From Myxococcota bacterium (GTDB lineage: Bacteria; Myxococcota_A; Polyangia; Nannocystales; Nannocystaceae), in the NCBI GenBank assembly GCA_039028615.1, contig JBCCHT010000007.1:231405-295404 (forward strand): a stretch of DNA of 64,000 nt, written 5' to 3'. Position 1 is the first letter of the stretch; every line of letters starts with the position of its first letter. Both the position numbers and the translations under genes were made by a program. Shown piece after piece: positions 63,001 through 64,000 of the stretch. The notes under the pieces are model-generated. The model searched no databases. It saw only the letters and a program-made list of their open reading frames with translations, and had not been told where the DNA came from.

Positions 63001-63111
63001 AAGACCCGTGCCGACGCCCACGTGTTCGCCCACCAAGCGCTCGAGCTATACCCCGAGGACAACGAAGGGCACGCCGACGTCGAGCAGTGGCTCGCCGCGC
63101 ACGGCGAGTAA
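60019..63111 (+). CDS. Membrane Ser/Thr kinase with C-terminal TPR repeats
   Basis: GAGAMGVVY, VAIK, HGDVKPAN, DFG, GTPGYIAPEQ, a TM helix, CLDRR motif and G..HP-type TPRs. Confidence 0.92.
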   Translation: MAESQVPTLASMDGSAPASELDDRLEAGDAIDDRFVIVSHRGAGAMGVVYEAMDNTLERRVAIKLCRAGRTAKQDARMWREARAMARLSHPNVITVHEVGHYSGRVYIAMELVDGGTVRDWLGTPRKWRDVLRVFIQAARGLAAAHDVGLIHGDVKPANMLHGSDGRVRIADFGLARGTQDDESGVETLSGVSGRSGERLPLDEPATKSQVGTPGYIAPEQFGDEIVDERVDQFSFCVSLFEGLWGKRPFQGLSMAELYLATSRGEIEYPEPRVEVPRWVRELVERGLRPDPTERFTSMNDLVAALEADPAKARRRGLAVGGVIVALGATAWISSSLSDGPSPCADVEAAIEAHWNADRKTQLDAKFREVGPTIAEPTSSRVADTLDAYAGSWAEQRTEACRATRVRGEQSESLLDLRIACLDRRATELASVMQQLETADVEVMVRVDELLASLGPLGSCADTTLLQAQVPLPEDPADREAAESMQAEAMRISAASAAARGRGEESHARALLQRAEALGHAPTLADARIALASVEHAIERPSEARASLVAAHRNAAASGYAYAGFDSALRLATTIARTKKNATAGLEWLEVARGWAERLDLGPEQRSRLVYAHGHVLRAGERWDEALAVLAEDPQRDAELPAIARSRLAAARGSTHAIVGRFDEARREYERAAELIRPEYGDNHPRLAGLYADIANLDARESRFEEALAGHRKTLKIESATYGPQSAKVAEIHGSIANALWDLGQHEQALEAFDQAIAAAAGDTTPLLRTQMVLNANYSNSLAQAGYFERAVSTSERALELGLQLYGADSSKVAQIRINLGNAYGANGQDPKAIEQYELALPVIETELGPTHPSLPSLYLNQALAYMKTEQWDACETSIARGLEIDATRNDPGSLWPSSAWTVRARLAAARGDLPGAAEARARSVQALETIDERHPKLREALYRWGLALETLGDMARAQSALLRARDLATPKAAIPEQRADIFFALARVHWARSKTRADAHVFAHQALELYPEDNEGHADVEQWLAAHGE

Positions 63112-63260
63112 ACCGGCCGCCCGGGTGTCACGACACCGATGCTCCACGTGCGTCAGCACAAACATCGACGCCGTACAATTGCGCTCGTTCACGACGAAGG
63201 AATGGAGGAAGTCGAGACACGCGGCCCCGTTCGCGAGTCTCACCAACCCCACAGGAATGC

Positions 63261-63938
63261 ATGAACCAAACGCATCGTCTCCTCCGTCCGCACCGCTTTG
63301 TTCCCCTCCTCGCCCTCGCCCTCGGGTCGCTCCTCACGGCATGCGATTCCCCCGACGACGGCGAATCGTTCGATGACGACCGCACCGACGTCGTCGTGTT
63401 CGAAGGCGCAGCCGTCAACGACACGCTGCGAGACGCCCCCGACACCGTGCATCGAGTCGATCTCACCGACGGCACGGCCTACTACTTCGACGGCCGCGAC
63501 GAAGCCTTCGACATCTCGAGCTTCTCGTTCCTCTGCCCGTCGATGGACTTCCCCATTCCGCTCGCCGACGCCATGGCCCCCCACGCGGGCCCCGAAGTGA
63601 CCGGCTATTGGTCAGTGCAGCTGACGGACGCAAAGCCAGTGGCGTTTCGGCTCAGTCAGCACTGCGTGAGGAAGTGTCAGCCCGACGGTAGCGACTGCTT
63701 CGACCTGTGCCCCGATCCGCCTCCGCCGCCCGCACGGTTGCGTCCGCACGCATGCGTACGCTCATGTTCATCTTCAAATTGGTCGATATATGCAATGCAA
63801 CCCACAAACGCACGCATCCAAATACGGTACATCAGATGGGTACGCATACATTCAGTTGTACAGCGTGCGGGTACGTACATTGATACCTTTAGTACATTCA
63901 TGTGTTACAATGCATATACACGTATGAATCAGGGTTAG
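63261..63938 (+). CDS. Hypothetical lipoprotein whose last ~65 codons run into compositionally foreign DNA
   Basis: AGGA RBS and MNQTHR...LLTAC lipobox. Host-like codons continue to CVRKCQPDGSDCFDLCPDPPPPP, then become AT-rich. Confidence 0.65.
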   Translation: MNQTHRLLRPHRFVPLLALALGSLLTACDSPDDGESFDDDRTDVVVFEGAAVNDTLRDAPDTVHRVDLTDGTAYYFDGRDEAFDISSFSFLCPSMDFPIPLADAMAPHAGPEVTGYWSVQLTDAKPVAFRLSQHCVRKCQPDGSDCFDLCPDPPPPPARLRPHACVRSCSSSNWSIYAMQPTNARIQIRYIRWVRIHSVVQRAGTYIDTFSTFMCYNAYTRMNQG

Positions 63939-64000
63939 GGTTAGACGCACGGCACGCATGAGCGTATAGCGAATTTATCTAGCGTATCTTTTGTAACAAG
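63741..64000. other. Low-GC segment with TACAT/GCAC motifs and a 14-nt TTAGGG-register tract
   Basis: Hand count gives 96/220 G+C (about 44%) over 63781-64000. AGGGTTAGGGTTAG lies at 63931-63944. Confidence 0.7.

Noticed and set aside
60213..63260. 1241-aa ORF overlapping the last kinase
   Set aside because: It is an off-frame Arg/Gly/Ala-rich read-through. Only the part from 63261 looks like a real gene.

Overview
A GC-rich (about 70% by eye) bacterial chromosomal window, most consistent with a myxobacterium (inferred from a MYXO-CTERM-type sorting signal, a CGNG..GEQCDDGN cysteine repeat, five Hanks-type Ser/Thr kinases and many lipoproteins). It holds about 48 coding regions: an edge-truncated phospholipase D, an HTTM membrane protein, an Rpn/YhgA nuclease, M49 and M1 peptidases, an L,D-transpeptidase, an amidase, TraR/DksA, an ECF/FecR module, glgP, an mlaE/F/D-like cassette, a TPMT-like methyltransferase, an ABC1 kinase, an ABC-2 exporter, a P450, a GH3-like/MerR-TPR cluster, gshB, a Cys-tailed ECF, a persulfide dioxygenase-rhodanese fusion and a large amidohydrolase lipoprotein. 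I saw no rRNA, tRNA, CRISPR array or intact IS. The strongest signals are: (1) a leader-peptide attenuator with mutually exclusive hairpins (peptide ending DPGP-stop) ahead of the ABC exporter; (2) a probable nested antitoxin start inside rpn; (3) an MlaF-like ABC domain that has lost all catalytic motifs; (4) a Ser/Thr kinase 10 nt upstream of glycogen phosphorylase; (5) a long intergenic stem-loop at about 10.33-10.44 kb; (6) an abrupt switch at about 63.74 kb to about 44% GC DNA containing AGGGTTAGGGTTAG. All family calls come from motifs recognised by eye; no database search was run.
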